Of a DNA stretch of 64,000 nt, positions 63,727 to 64,000 are shown one piece after another (positions within the stretch are counted from its first letter, which is position 1; every line of letters starts with the position of its first letter). The DNA lies in NCBI GenBank assembly GCA_950097015.1, contig CATNEN010000038.1:33046001-33110000 (forward strand), read 5' to 3'. The position numbers were made by a program, and so were the translations under genes. Under the pieces are notes generated by a model. That model made no database searches, had not been told where the DNA came from, and saw only the letters and a program-made list of their open reading frames with translations. The DNA is from Macrostomum hystrix. Lineage: Eukaryota; Animalia; Platyhelminthes.

Positions 63727-64000
63727 GTAAATCGGGACAGACTTAAAATTCAATTGTGTTCTTGATTGTATTATTAAAGTCACATGGAGTCTCAGTGAAG
63801 TGTTTTTGCCCGGATGATTCACTGAGTAAATCCTACTATTTAAGGGTAGGTCGCTGCAAATCAGATTATGGGCTGACAGAGTCTGTGAACTGTACATATC
63901 AGCTGCCTTATGTACTGCTGGAGGTTCCAAACTCTGATAAATGGGATTTGCAGCTGGCGAGCTCTGAAGCAGCTATTATGCAGAGCTGGTGAAAGTGACT

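Larger units (their letters stand above)
50790..64000 (+). mobile_element. Large Helitron B; 3' end not found, probably extends beyond the window
   Basis: 5' TCTTATATACTAAAAATGAAA directly after CTAG of Helitron A; full RepHel gene; no hairpin+CTRR|T end seen downstream. Inclusion of 58200-64000 is inferred. Confidence 0.75.

Overview
Eukaryotic (animal) genomic DNA with spliceosomal introns and a dense load of distinct ~0.5-2 kb minisatellites. The style suggests a free-living flatworm such as Macrostomum, but this is inference only. The first ~33 kb holds four host genes separated by minisatellites: a 2-exon PLAC8/cornifelin-family gene, an intronless Shisa-like membrane protein, a bacterial-type enolase-superfamily (hydroxyproline dehydratase/epimerase-like) gene whose two introns are both GC-AG, and a DMS-R/FMRFamide-type peptide GPCR. 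The last ~30 kb is a nest of mobile elements. It contains: (i) a decayed Crypton-type tyrosine-recombinase element with lox-like palindromes and a 55-bp hairpin array; (ii) an unusual Gypsy-type LTR element with PBS, gag, an intact -1 frameshift signal and integrase, but an acidic linker where PR-RT-RNaseH should be, plus an extra ORF; (iii) a non-autonomous Helitron, itself containing an inverted Helitron that contains a hAT MITE, joined head-to-tail to a large 9-exon Helitron. The large Helitron encodes coiled-coil/OTU/Rep/Pif1 helicase and is followed by a CCHC zinc-knuckle ORF and an RPA70-like gene; its 3' end appears to lie beyond the window. No rRNA, tRNA or CRISPR array was seen.
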